A stretch of DNA of 64,000 nt, taken from contig NW_024704742.1 in the NCBI RefSeq assembly GCF_018977255.1, positions 59,398,001 through 59,462,000 on the forward strand, given 5' to 3'. Shown piece by piece: positions 51,676-64,000 of this stretch. The first letter of the stretch is position 1; every line of letters begins with the position of its first letter. Both the position numbers and the translations under genes were made by a program. The stretch comes from Callorhinchus milii (lineage: Eukaryota). The notes beneath the pieces were generated by a model. It saw only the letters and a program-made list of their open reading frames with translations. It made no database searches and was not told the origin of the DNA.

Positions 51676-52300
51676 GAGAGAAATTCACATTCCCGGCATT
51701 CAGTGTGAAGAAATTCCTCGTAAACTCCCTTTTATATCTACTGCTAGCTATGTTGTATTTATGCCTTCCAGTTTTGGACTCACCAACAAATGGAAACAAG
51801 TTATCAACATCCACCTTATCAAATCCTTTCATAAACTTAAACACCTCTATCAGGTGCCCTCTCCATCGTCTCAACACTAGAAAGAAAAGCTGTAACCTGT
51901 CCAATTGTTCTTCATAGCTATATCTGCTCAGCCATTGTAAATCTACACTGTACTCTTTACAATGCTACACTATATTTCCTGTAAACATGGCAACCAGAAC
52001 TACAAAATGTACTCCAAATATGGTCTAACCAAGGTTTTATATAAATATAACATTGGTTCCCTACATTTATACTCTATTTCTCTGGGAATAAAGCCAACAA
52101 CTCTATTTTCATTATTTATGGTGTTGTCTATCTGTGCTGCTACTTTTAGAGTCCTGTGAATCTGAACCCTAGATCTTTGTTCCTCTACCCCTCTCAGGTT
52201 CCTACCATCCAGGCCATAGTTGGCTTCTTTATTCTCTATTCGTCCTACCAATCTGTGTGCAGTTCACATTTCCCTATATTAAATTTCAGCTGCAAGCCTA
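51676..52300 (-). mobile_element. CR1 ORF2 fragment (right part of the split CR1)
   Basis: LYLYKTLVRPYLEY; RRWRGHLIEVFKFMKGFDKVDVDNLFP..KTGRHKY..RNFFT. Confidence 0.9.
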
Positions 52301-52422
52301 TTTATATCTTCCAGCATTTTTGTGCAAATCCCCTTCATTATTCATTATCTCCCCTTTCTCTCCCTCCAACAGTTTGATGTCATCTACACATTTCAACAGC
52401 AAACCTCCTATGTCTGAAGCCA

Positions 52423-52655
52423 AATAATAATATTAATCCTTGCATTTGATATAGTGCCTTATCACACCTTTGAGACGTCCCAAAGCGCTTCACAGAATAT
52501 ACTGTAAAGTGAATTGACTGTATGTTTTGTGGGCGAAATGCGGCAGTGAATTGCGCACAGTTTGTCCTACAAACAGTCATGGATTGAGTGACCAATATAT
52601 TCTTTTTTTAAAAAAGAAATTTTAAGGAATTATTAACCCCGGAAAAGCGATCCAA
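52423..52655 (-). mobile_element. 5'-truncated SINE (long subfamily 3' half)
   Basis: Reverse complement of the shared body and tail. Confidence 0.85.
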
Positions 52656-55600
52656 TGATGTACAAATCATTTATGTGAACGGGGAACACTCGATGTCCTA
52701 ATACAGAGCTCTGTCAAACACAGCTACCTCCTTGTTGCCAGACTGCCCTTTACTCCTACGCTTTACTATTTATCATCCACCTCTCAATCAAATTAAAGCA
52801 ATGAAGGTAAAATTGAGACTAAAATACATTCATCACATTGAATATGGCATTTTTGACGATATGATAATTAGCCTCTACATTTAGTGCCATTACTGTGCCT
52901 GCCAGTTTCTGACATCAGTACTCAACAACTGATGATGACAGCCAGGCAAAGAATATAGTTTAAACATGGGAAAGAAGACCGTAAATTAGAGTTAATACTT
53001 CCTGCATTTAGAGCAGGACAACTTCACCCAGTAATTTCAATATTAAAACCATCTTCCATAATGTCCTGCTTTCACATGCTTTTAGCTTCATACGGTCAGA
53101 TAACATCAGAAAGCAGCACTTCACTGTTTTCTCAGGTACCCAAGTCAGTACCTGGAGGAAAATAATATGTTGTCTAATCCATTCATAAGATCTCTCTGAA
53201 AACTTCTCTTTTCTAAAGATAAACTTGTTTTAAAAAATCTGGAGTTTACTTACAAGTGATCCACCTCCTACTCTTCTGAACCATGCACTGCTATGGAGAA
53301 GTCCCATTTGTAGCATTCAGAATTTTTCACCAAGGGAAGGGGATTAGGAGAGAATAAGTTCCTACTTGCTGCTGCTACTTCAAACGGTGCTTTCTGGGAA
53401 TAACACAGGAGTGGCAAGCTTGTGTTTTTCGTGGTGATGCTGCAAAACTCAATAATAGCGTGAAATACTGCACAGATTGTTTTTGCTTTTTTTAAAAAAA
53501 TAATAAATATTAAGTTTGTTTGCAAGTGCAAGTTGTATAGAGAGATTTACTGCACAGCTAAGGAGCACAAGCTGGGTGCAAAATAATTATGTTTGGACAG
53601 GACTCCAGCTGTACACTGCAGAGACATTTTGATAATTTGTTCAATTTGAAAACAAGCAAGAACATCAAACGTCTTACATGCAGCAACATAAGAAATCTTG
53701 TTGTTTGGAATTGTCTTGAAATAAATGGCTACCACAGCACAAGACATCTAAGAATGTTGAATTCTTAACAGGCTGTTGGGCTATTTTCTAAATCAATGGA
53801 TTTCAGATCCCCAGGTGTCATCTCAAGCTGAATAATGCTCGGCTAATGCTTTGGATTGACATAGTCCCACTGGTCATTCACTTCATGTCTGTTTGTGGGA
53901 TATTCCTCTGCATAAATTGCTGCCACGCTTGCTGGCAAATACAGTCACTACACTTTACAGTAAAATCCTGTGAAGAGCTTTGAGATATTCTAACAATGTA
54001 ATAAGAAACTTAAGAATTATTATTGGAGACAGAGGCACACACATAGAGAAAATAGAAACACAAACACACATGAACATTCAGAGATATACACACATTTAGA
54101 GACAAAGAGACACACACAGAAAGCCACAGACACCCACTGTTTTTCATATCTAAAGTATCATTCAGTTCAGATATCAAACTCTGTTCTGCACTTATTAGTC
54201 ATAGATGATACTAACTGGAGAATCATGCATAAAGGTGAGGCAATGTGACAACTCACAAGGTTCCTGAATAGTGGTCTTTGCAAAAGTTAGAATACAACAT
54301 ATTCCAACATATAGAGCACACAATGGCACCTACCATTCACCTTCTGAGGGCTCAAACTTGAGCTTGTCAGATGTCAAATGACCAACTAGTGACTATCCCC
54401 CTTGGGTGGAGGGTTGGGTGGGGGGGCAGGTTAAGTAGGGCCTCCTTGAAGCATAACTGGCTCCATGTTGACATGTTTGGCAATATAATGTTGGAATCGA
54501 GCCAGCCCTCGGTGACGGTCTCGGCAGTGCAGTTCCTGAGCCAGGTGGCTCCGCAGCATTCCAGGGCACCGCTGATGGCAGCACACCTGGTTCATCAGCA
54601 GGATGTGGAAGAACAAACCAGGCACTAAGGGCTCCCATTAACCCTGCAAGCCAAAGTCGTAACAGATAGGGCCGTCCTAGTTGGACAAGAAGTGGGAAAG
54701 CTTGCCAAATATTATTATTGTTATTATTATTAGACAGTGCTCTCAATGACAAGCTATGCAGTTTTATCTTGTTAGACTCCAGCAGTACCCTAACGCACAC
54801 TGGGGTCCCCAAGTCTTGGCTCTTGCCAACCTGCACATAACACTTCAGATTTAGGTAAGAGGATGTGACACTCCAGGGAGCAAGTGTGCATTCCATTCCG
54901 ACAAATATCTCTGGTATTTCCATGTATAGATGGGATGCATGGAATTCTCAGTTTGGATTGGATACTCTTAAGCATGGTGACGGGTTTCCACATCTGTAAA
55001 ACCCCTGGCTGACCAAAATAAAATGGCACAGGACAAGGGATACAAATCAAAATGGAGCAAAAAAACAGATTAAAATAAGAAAACAATTAAAATCACAACC
55101 ATTGATGTTGGTATGTTGGTCACCTTTTTTGTATAACTTTATGAAGCTACGTGATGGTTTTAACCTTTACTGCTGAGAGGGTCTTTTGCAAAGTTCCCAT
55201 ATTTGTGGAAGGTTGATCAGACAAGGTTTTCTCTGACACAGAGGGATGAGTCAAATAAAAGAGCACTCAGCACAGAGGTAAGCACCACCGAGTGGCATTA
55301 TAATATTTTTTATAAATTGGCCCCAAGATACAGAGGAAAGCTTCCATGGTAACGAAACACTCTCCGCTTGAGAGATCATGTCCCGCGGGACTCTTCAGTC
55401 ACCACGAGTGTCTTGTGAGGGATGGAAAAGGTGGCAGAGCAGCAGAATGATTTATAATTGTTATTTGGAGGCGAGAAATAAAGTTGGTTTCAAATCATGC
55501 CGTGAAAAAGTGTTCAATTGTCAAACTGTATATGAACTAGTTACCTTGTTCAGCAATAAATTGCTCATTTTTATCTTGACCTTGTACTGCCAGTGATTGG

Positions 55601-55714
55601 GGAGACCTGAAGTGGAATTAGCAGGATTTTATAACTTTCACATCAAACGTGTGATGAAATTCTGTAACTTAACCCTGTGAATACAGCAGAAAAGCAAGAT
55701 ATAGAATCACATAA

Positions 55715-55975
55715 GAATAATGCTTACATTTGGTATAGCATCTATCACATTGGAAGGATGTATCAAAGCACTTTGCAGGATATATTATAAAGTGTTGTAG
55801 CTGTATAGTGTGTAGGCAAATGCAGCAACCAATGTATGCACAGCAGAAACTCCCTTCTCTTTTCAAATAATGCCATTGGATCATTAACATTCCACCGAAA
55901 CAGGCTCCAAAGGGCAGCATCTCTGTCAATACAGCACTCTCCCCAGCACTGTATTGGGATTGTCAACCTAGAGTA
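55715..55975 (-). mobile_element. Old Deu-domain SINE fragment
   Basis: TCAAATAATGCCATTGGATC; CAGCACTCTCCCCAGCACTGTATTGG..GTCAACCTAGA. Confidence 0.7.
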
Positions 55976-56069
55976 CATGATATCTGTACAATAAATTTCA
56001 ACTACAAGGCAATGCCATTGCAAGGCATCTCGCTAGAGTGAAAATTGGCTTATAACGCGAATGATCGTA

Positions 56070-56310
56070 CCGCCATGTCACCAGTTCTGGCGAGGCTCCA
56101 CTGGCTCCCCCCCATCACCGAACGGATCGACTTCCACATTCTCAGACTCATCTTCAAATCCTTTCATTCTCTGGTACCTCCCTACCTCTCCGACCTCCTC
56201 ACTCCCAATCCACCACCTGGCGCCATTGGTTTCCTGTAACGCTACCCTTCCTGCATCGCTCTGAAACGCTACCCTGTGTGAAGAGCACTATACAAGTGCA
56301 AGTTGTTGTT
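56070..56310 (+). mobile_element. L2 family B fragment
   Basis: [22 protein letters not shown]; tail CGCTACCCTGTGTGAAGAGCACTATACAAGTGCAAGTTGTTG. Confidence 0.85.
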
Positions 56311-56594
56311 CTAATCTGTGGACTCACAGTTACCGAAAGTGCAGCACAAGTCTGGATTTCGTGGCACACATCTAGGATGTAGGAGGCTCGCGAGATCAGC
56401 TGAGGTTCACCATCTACCAGCAGCCTACGCTGGAAGCGCCTTTTTTTTTACAGGCCTGTTACAACCTCGTATCCAATTTTATCAACCCAAAACACTGCAT
56501 TAGAATAGGGTGAACTTATACTTTTTGGTTTTACTCTTCGCTCCAACCCATCCCCCATCCGTTTAAAGAAAAAAGATTTGATCCCTTGTAGGGG

Positions 56595-56804
56595 ACTTGT
56601 CCCTCATGCCCTACATTCCACAATAAGTGACCAAAACTCTGGAACACTCTCCCTCTATCCCTCTGCCTTCCCCACTCCTTCCCCACCAATTTTCCTATGG
56701 TCACTTCCCCACTCCCCCTGGCTCGGTGTCAAGTTCCGCCACTGTCAAGCACTCTGGGACACTACCCTGCATGAGGGGTACTATATAAATGCAAGTTGTT
56801 GTTG
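56595..56804 (+). mobile_element. L2 family B 3' fragment
   Basis: CTCTGGGACACTACCCTGCATGAGGGGTACTATATAAATGCAAGTTGTTGTTG. Confidence 0.8.
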
Positions 56805-56979
56805 CCATTGGGCTCCATTCCCAAATTTGGAAGCAGATCGATGGTACCTGTCCAACTCCAGGCTGTTGCTAGGACATTCACCATCACAAAGGTGAGCCCA
56901 TTGTAAGACTAGTGTAAGAGCAACCTTGGGGTAACATTCCTAAATAGTTTACTCCTACACAATCCTATTATAAGTCTGG

Positions 56980-57400
56980 TTCAGCCAGTAATGATCTTGC
57001 GTCAAAAAGTTGTGGGCTCAAGCCCTGGTGTTGGGACTTTGAGTTTGTAGATTAAGTTGACAGTCCAGTGGAGTACTGGGGAATGTTGTATGATCAGTAG
57101 TGCTGTCTTTCAGCTTTCAGATGAGGAATTAAACCAAGGTTAAACTGAGTTTAAAAATCTTATGACACTACACAGAATAAAGAAGGGTGTTTATCACAGA
57201 GTCCTGGATAACAATTCTCCTAACTATATTGGTTATTCATGGCTGTTTGTGGGACATTGCTGTACTCAAATTGGCTGCCATGTTCACCACAAAACACACA
57301 GACACTATACATTACAGTGTATTCTGTGAAATACTTTGAGACATCCTCCTGACGAGAAAGGTGATACATCAAATGTAAGGATTACTATTATGATTATAAT
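56980..57400 (+). mobile_element. Old Deu-domain SINE, near full length
   Basis: GTCAAAAAGTTGTGGGCTCAAG; TTTCAGATGAG..TTAAACC; GGCTGTTTGTGGGACATTGCTGT; (ATT)n. Confidence 0.75.
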
Positions 57401-59349
57401 AATTGTTTTTTAATCACTTGTTGTTTGAGAGGCTTCACAGGTCCAAATGGTTTCTGAAACAGTCTATATTTGACAGTCACTTTGCAACCTTTTGGCAGAC
57501 ATTATAAGGTGCTGTACAATTGCTAGTTCTTTTCATGACTAGTTATGATCGGGTCCTGAGTGTCAGACAGATTTTGTGCTCCTGTGCATCTACCAATCTG
57601 CTTTTGCTGGAGAGATTTTAAAAGGAGTTATGAAAGGGACAATGAAAAAAACAATAGTAAAAGATCATCAAAGTCCCATCTCCAAAACCTTTCCAGCATT
57701 TAGTAACAGTACACAATTGGAACACTTATACTGGATTACAAAGCAAAGTTTGGAATTTTAAGGCACATTAACATATCTCAGGAGGACCAATATCTATTTC
57801 AAATAGCAGGCAGACTTTAGGGAAGGAAAGCAAGCATCATATTTATTCTGACTGTAAATAACATTTTACAGCCCTCAGGTTCAATACATATCTGATGTAT
57901 TCCCCACTGCCTTACAATATTGACATCTTTCAGCCAAGGCGAGGAACTCTCATGTAAACTTAATCAAAAAAAGGAAGGTTAAAGCATCAGAGGGGAATTA
58001 TTATCGAGGACCTCTGCTCCTCATCTGTTACCGCTCCTGTGCTGGGAAACAGCTCTGTACATACTTTTTGTCAGCCAGTTTGCATGAGTAACCGGCAATG
58101 AAAAATCATTTGATATGCTACTTTATCATGTTGACATACATTTACATGCCTCACACAATGAATTGCTTTCTTTTGAATTGTAGTGGCTTTTATTATGCAC
58201 ATAAGCACTTGTACAGTGACACAACTTTTATGGAAACACGCATAAAATGTGCATTTGTTGCAATAATTGCTAAAATTGCTAAAATTAACAATAATTTTGT
58301 TATGTAACACAATGATTGCTATTTTTAGTGATCAGCAACTTATATAAGCTGTGATATTCAGTTTTAGTCATCCAGTCAAATCGCTTGGGTTTAAGCCTGC
58401 CATCTATTTGGAACAGAATTGCCTCCAGAGTTCTGAGCAAAAGTAAATGGAAAACATTATGAAATCGTTACATTTGTGTGTGTTCTAAGTAATATCAAAT
58501 TCAACGTGGAACATTTATTTGAACTGAGAGGACAATGATAAATTGCTCGAGTTTTGCACTGCTTTGCAACTTGCAGTTATTGTGTTTACATCTCCCACCT
58601 TGCACAAGTAATACGTCTTTAAAGATAGTGACCAAGTTTACCACTGCGCTTAGTTTTAAATCTTACACAGTTTATACAATCAATGTGATCTTGCACATTT
58701 GATAGTTTTATCATAAAATTCAAGGCAATTAAAGGTGATTTAATAGCTAATGGAAAACAGCTCTATTTTAGAACTATTTGTGAACATTCTTTGATTCGTA
58801 AAGACGTTATTTTAAAATATTTTAATTTTCATTTGATTGTTTCCTATCATCTCCCTTTATAATGACAATAAACTTCACTCTTACTGTACCCCTGAAGCTT
58901 GCTTTTTACCATCACAAGATTTGTGGCTCAAACATTGTATCTCTGCTTATCATAATAACATGAAATGTCACTCATGCTTTGCATCCCAGCCTCTTTTCAT
59001 CACAAAAAGCTTCACTCACACAGTGCATCCCAGCTTCCCATAATCACAAGAAACTTCGCTCATTCATCACATTCTGCTTTTTACTCAGCACTGGAGATTG
59101 AATCTTAGATTCTTGCATTTACAATGGCCTGTGCTACAATCTGTGTTTCTCAGAACTGGTCTCTTTAGATTGCACACAAGCTTCTGTTTGGTATGTGCCT
59201 TGAAGAATTTAATTTGTACAATAAATGTATTGGAACTGTTTGACAATTTCAATGTATTTTATCTCTGCGATATAATACTAGTTGTTTGGTTAAATAAATG
59301 TAATGACCAGAAAAAGCACTTTGAGAAAATCACAGATTTCAGCCATAAC

Positions 59350-59652
59350 TCTCCGGCCTGCTCCACGTCCCCCGACCCACCCGCCCCATCATTGGCGGGA
59401 GAGCCTTCAGCCATCTACCCCCAACCTCTGGAATTCCATCCGACAGTCACTCTGCCTCGCCCCTCCTTAGCCTCCTTCAAGCCCCACCTCAAAACCCTCC
59501 TCTTCGACCATGCCATCAGCCACCCCCCTTCCCCTCCCACCCGCCCCCCCCAACCCCAGCTCGTGTCTGAAATGCTGCACGCTGTCCAGCACCTTGGGAC
59601 GTCCTCCCCACGTGAAAGGCACTATACAAATGTAATCTTGTTGCTGTTGTTG
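59350..59652 (+). mobile_element. L2 family A 3' end
   Basis: LASFKPHLKTLLFDHA; GGGACGTCCTCCCCACGTGAAAGGCACTATACAAATG..(TTG)n. Confidence 0.9.
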
Positions 59653-60086
59653 GAAGCTATTTTTCCCGATAACAACAAAAACATTTACAGATGGCAACAA
59701 ATAAATGTGAGCAAATCCAATCTATGCAAAATCAATCATATCAAGCTTCCAAAATCTTTACACAGTCCAAAACTAATAAATAAAATTATTTGCATTGTTA
59801 TTCAAATAAGTAACACTTGATTAGCACTTTTTAACATTCTGATGTATGTACAGCAGGAATGAATGGTAATCCTAGATTTATGTCCAACACTTGAAATAGA
59901 ATTGAAATGAAAGATTAAACATTAAAAATTCCTAGGCCTTTCTCACTCCTGTTATCCAAATCAACAAGGATAGGGTACTGACCCATTTAAAATGCCTTTA
60001 GTTTATTATATACCAAAGTGACCAGTGTTCTTTTTGAAAAGCTGCTTTTCATTTTATTTGCAATGGACATTTTCTCAATGACTCAC

Positions 60087-60114
60087 CTGCACTGGAGGGA
60101 TGGTTGATATGCAT
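60087..60114 (-). CDS. Candidate first coding exon segment MHINHPSSA+G (phase 1) of an unidentified gene
   Basis: GCAATG start context; 28 nt to a perfect CAG|GTGAGT donor; TE-free surroundings; no homology recognised. Confidence 0.3.
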
Positions 60115-60527
60115 TGCAGCAAGCTGACAGCTTTTTTTTAAATAAAAGGCACACTTCCACTTTAAGGAAACTTCAGTAACAGCAGGAAACATTGCCGAAA
60201 GGTTTGTTTTAGATGTTTTGAGGTTGGAAATTACATTCAAGGAGTTTGGCAGAGAGAAAATAAAAAGAAGTGGAGGGATAGGGGGAGGGGGAGAGAGAAA
60301 TGCTCTTTAATTTCAATAGGTCTTCTTGCGGTGAAGTGAAAAATGTCATTTATTGACAAACAGTGTCGGAAAGCTGTCTGGAATAAATTGTGCAGTTTCT
60401 TTTAGGCTGTCTCCTTCTAGTCAGTCAGAAGATTTGCAAATGAGGTCATACCACTATGAGACCTCTGTGCCCACTAAAAGATTGCATCACTAGCCAACTA
60501 AAGTACACAAATAAATGGGTGACTTAC

Positions 60528-60689
60528 CCCGGTGCAAACAGAAGCCCTTTAGATTCCTGCCTTTTGAAAATCTCCACAATCAAGATGCATGAATAAATAA
60601 TATCAAGGACTGGTCTACACTGTGCTGGGAACGGGCTCACAGAGGTTACACTGCCAGCGATTCAAACGTTGCTGCCAGGCTGCTGATCA
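60528..60689 (-). other. Candidate non-coding (5'UTR) exon, 162 nt
   Basis: Acceptor TACTGATTTC-T run-GCCAAG| and donor GGG|GTAAGT; stops in all three frames. Confidence 0.4.
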
Positions 60690-61251
60690 CTTGGCAAAAA
60701 AAAAGAAATCAGTAAAGCTCTAACTGGCCTTGTCACATAGCAGAAACAACATCAAATAATCAATCAAACGACTCGAACGTGGAGAGGAGATGGTGAGAAG
60801 AATAAGGCCAGGAATGCAGATGTTTTCATTAACAGCTGTAAGGGATAAGTGTTCCTGCTTGTTCCCCACACCTGACTGCTGCTCCCAAACCCTCCTGTGC
60901 TACAGTGACTGAACAGATAAATGCGACCAGCATTTATCATACAATGAAGCAATTAAGAACCACATTAAAAATAAGCTCAGCAACGTGCCATTTTCTTAAT
61001 TAACTCTATGTTATCCTCATTGAAAGACACACGCACACGCTTAGAAAGAAACAATTTTAGACGTCATCATTCAGAGAAACCCAGCTCACAAAGACATCTG
61101 AATAAAAAGGCTTTCGCTCAATCAATTATCTTTAAGCTGTTGTAATGTATTGTTCAGTCCAGAAGGGGACGTAGGTGCCTATCAGGAATATACTCTGCCT
61201 TTTCTCTCCCACCAAGCAGCTTCCACAATATAAGTAGGTAGTGGTACTCAC

Positions 61252-61396
61252 CTCCTGCTAATTTCCGGCCAGCTGTCTGTCTCTGTCTCTCTTCTCACAA
61301 TCCGCACATACTCTGCCTTAAGATGACCTGGGTGTTATGCTTGCTGCAGCTCCAGTTATCCAGATATGCAGGATAACTTTATTTTTCTCTTCAAAT
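61252..61396 (-). other. Candidate non-coding (5'UTR) exon, 145 nt
   Basis: Acceptor TTTTGCTTTGCCTTCGCTATTTGCAG| and donor GAG|GTGAGT; stops in all three frames. Confidence 0.45.
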
Positions 61397-64000
61397 CTGC
61401 AAATAGCGAAGGCAAAGCAAAATCAACAAAGTAAAGCGATCTCACACTGCAATAATCCTCAATTTGATGCACCTTCAGAGAAGCTAAGTTACCATCAGGA
61501 TTTGCTCTTTGTGTGGGTCATGTTTTCCCACATGTAGAGCTGATAAAAGCAGCTGAACAACCTCTCTTCTGCCTGCTTCTGCTTCACATTCAGAGATTTT
61601 TTGCATTCAGGTGTTGAAAGCCATAGGGTAACATTAGGCACTTTATGCAGTGCATTGATGGATACTCGCTGTTGATGCAGCTGTTGAATACACAATGCAT
61701 CTCACAATTAAATGGACTGACCACTGTCCTTGTCAATCCAAGAGGAATTGTAATGTAGTAATAAGTATTATTTGTCTGAGAGTTGATCGGGACCATTTGC
61801 TTATAGACTGACTGCATTGTGCAGGTAACTCCTGATACGCAGAAAGAGTGCCACAGTTAACATCTAAATGGCATGTATTCTGTTCACATTAAAGGAAAGA
61901 TAAAATAATTAAATGCAGTCTCAGAAATATTATGCTTGGGAGGGTGCGGGTGAAGAAGATATTACATTTCTATTTTTAAATTGTCTTTTGTCAATTTTAG
62001 GTCCCCATGCAGTGCATATCATTCTCTGGCCAAAACTGCCAGGAGAGGGGCCCAAAGGTCTCTGCTATGTAATTGGCAGCTGGGAGGCACAGAGGCTTGT
62101 GTGGGTTGACGTGTTTCCTTTAATTCTTGTGGCAGAGGCTGTTGCATTGGCTCAATGCCCCAGCTCACTGTTGTGTTACTGCTAACACTGATGCACTCTC
62201 TCTATTTCAGTCCCCTCATTCAGCAAGTTGAGGAAGTAGAACATCACTGCAATGAACACTCAATCATGACAATTTAAGCTAGAATTGTATACATAGTTAT
62301 GTGTTATTAAATCCACAGTAAAATTGACAATTTAAAGGAGCACCGTCTGTCACAAAAAAATTGACAGCTTTCTTTTCTTTTGTTTACATCACATTAGGGT
62401 CTGAAATACATTAACGTCTGATTGTATTCCTTGCAGTATGAAAGTGGGATTACTCTCTCATGAAAACACTACCCTTTAAAACTGGGTCCACAGTAAACGA
62501 TTAAAATGCATTCTTTGTGTGACCCGGGACCTGTGTGGGTTTGTGCAATCAAAGCTTTGCACCATAGAGTGATCGGACACAGATTCTTGCCCGTGGAAAA
62601 ACTCATAGCTCAGGCCTTTGACCTATTTTGGGTGAAGCGGCAAAGCATGAAGGTAAGAAGGCAACAAAAGGGATGAAATGATATGGGCACACAAACACAC
62701 TCACATACACGGAACCTACAACGACAGTTCAGACACTTCAGAGATATAGCATGTGACTGTGTTGTCAATCAGGCTTGCACAGCTTGGTTTTACAATCAAT
62801 AATGTGGTCTACTAGGACTTGTGAATAGTTGTGAATCCCTGAGCTGATGAAACCCATTGTGAAATTGGGTCTGAAAGGAACTTCATAACCAGTTTGGCAC
62901 TGTGTAATCAGCTGAATTCAGTATAGAGTTATTTATAAATTACATTTGTTCCCTTTATTAATTAATGTCAATCTCAACCTTAAATAAAAGATGTACACTC
63001 TAACCTAGATTAGCAAGACAAACAGAGACAATATAAAGTCAGTCCTATCGGTAGTTTTTCTATGAACAGGTTTCAATATGAATACACTCCACCCTTATTA
63101 TAACTGTAGCTGAAAGCCAAGCATTTTGCAAGTTGCAACAAAGTGCGTGTTACAGTAAATTCTTTTACAACACAGCACAAAATCAAACCATGAAGCATAT
63201 AGTCAGCCAAAGTCCAGCAAGCGAGAGAAAGCATTACAAATAAAACACTTATAATGAGGAAGGGGGTGTAACTTTTGTTTCAGTTGGTTCACTCCAACAG
63301 CTCAAAACCAACATCCCTGCAGCTTTCTTCATCCTTTAACAAGCATCAATTTGCCTTTTGGAAAAGTAAGAATCAATTTCAAGTTATTAAATCAGAATAA
63401 TGATCTCCTTTTCACGGTGATAGTTTCCAACATAACTTTCGAAGGATCTTGCATTAAAATGGGATCTATATATTAAAAGTAAAGGAAAGTTTCACAAATT
63501 GATACATCATCTGGTACATTCAAGTGCAGAAATGTCTGAATTCCCATTGACAGCAACAGAAAACAAACTGTTACACTGTACTTTTGACAGGTTTAAATGT
63601 GAAAATGCATCATCCCCGAGAGATATTCTTGCGTGTTACTTTCAATTATGTAATACCTCACAATTCTTAACACCAGTAATGTAATCCTACTTATTGTGGA
63701 GATGTCACTGACCTCAACTGACATAATCCCATTTATAGCCTGATTAAATGCCTGTTGAAAAACTGAACACTGTGCACAATGGAAATAACGTCCCCATTTG
63801 CTTTTAGCATGCTTTTGTTTGTGTCAAGATGCATTTTGTGAACAATTCCTTCTTCCAGGACTACAAATCCAACCACTGTACACCACGTCTGTAAATCACA
63901 TTGCTAATTCCTGGAATCCACAATCACATTTCCCACAACCAATGTCACTGACTGATACTAAAAATAATCGGTAGAAAAGAGGATGATAACAATTATGATA

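Noticed and set aside
54393..54923. 176-aa minus-strand ORF in a GC-richer patch
   Set aside because: Crosses an (AAT)n tract and has no recognisable motif; probably chance or an unclassified repeat.
55242..55277. 36-nt plus-strand exon candidate (CAG|..GAG|GTAAGC; RDESNKRALSTE)
   Set aside because: Short pyrimidine tract and no supporting neighbours or homology; such pairs are expected by chance in 64 kb.
62183..62277. Plus-strand branch point and acceptor (CTAAC..CTCTCTCTATTTCAG)
   Set aside because: No good donor nearby and only a short frame; unsupported without RNA data.
1..64000. CRISPR arrays, operons, prokaryotic or viral systems
   Set aside because: No regularly spaced repeat-spacer array, no gene-dense region, and no LTR/gag/pol/env or transposase ORF seen; the sequence is vertebrate intronic/intergenic DNA.

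Overview
This is eukaryotic, repeat-rich, essentially non-coding DNA, and no intact protein-coding gene is visible. The repeat repertoire points to a cartilaginous fish, probably a holocephalan such as elephant shark; that is inferred from my recall of repeat families, not verified. The repeats are a young tRNA-Ala-headed SINE ending in (ATT)n, older Deu-domain SINEs, two L2-clade LINE families with (TTG)n tails, and many CR1 3' fragments. Nearly all long ORFs in the track are decayed L2/CR1 reverse-transcriptase pieces or their shadow frames. Less obvious content: (1) a fossil R4/Dong-type (RLE) retrotransposon at ~28.3-29.0 kb, split by an L2; (2) hAT and Tc1/mariner MITEs; (3) several long hairpins, one resembling a Penelope-type foldback with a degenerate hammerhead core; (4) a minisatellite made of tandem 3'-splice-site-like units; (5) SINE subfamilies whose 3' tails track one L2 family; (6) a TE-free 3' end (59.7-64 kb) with three strong minus-strand splice donors, suggesting 5' exons of an unidentified gene whose long intron may span the window. 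Repeat boundaries are approximate (read by eye).
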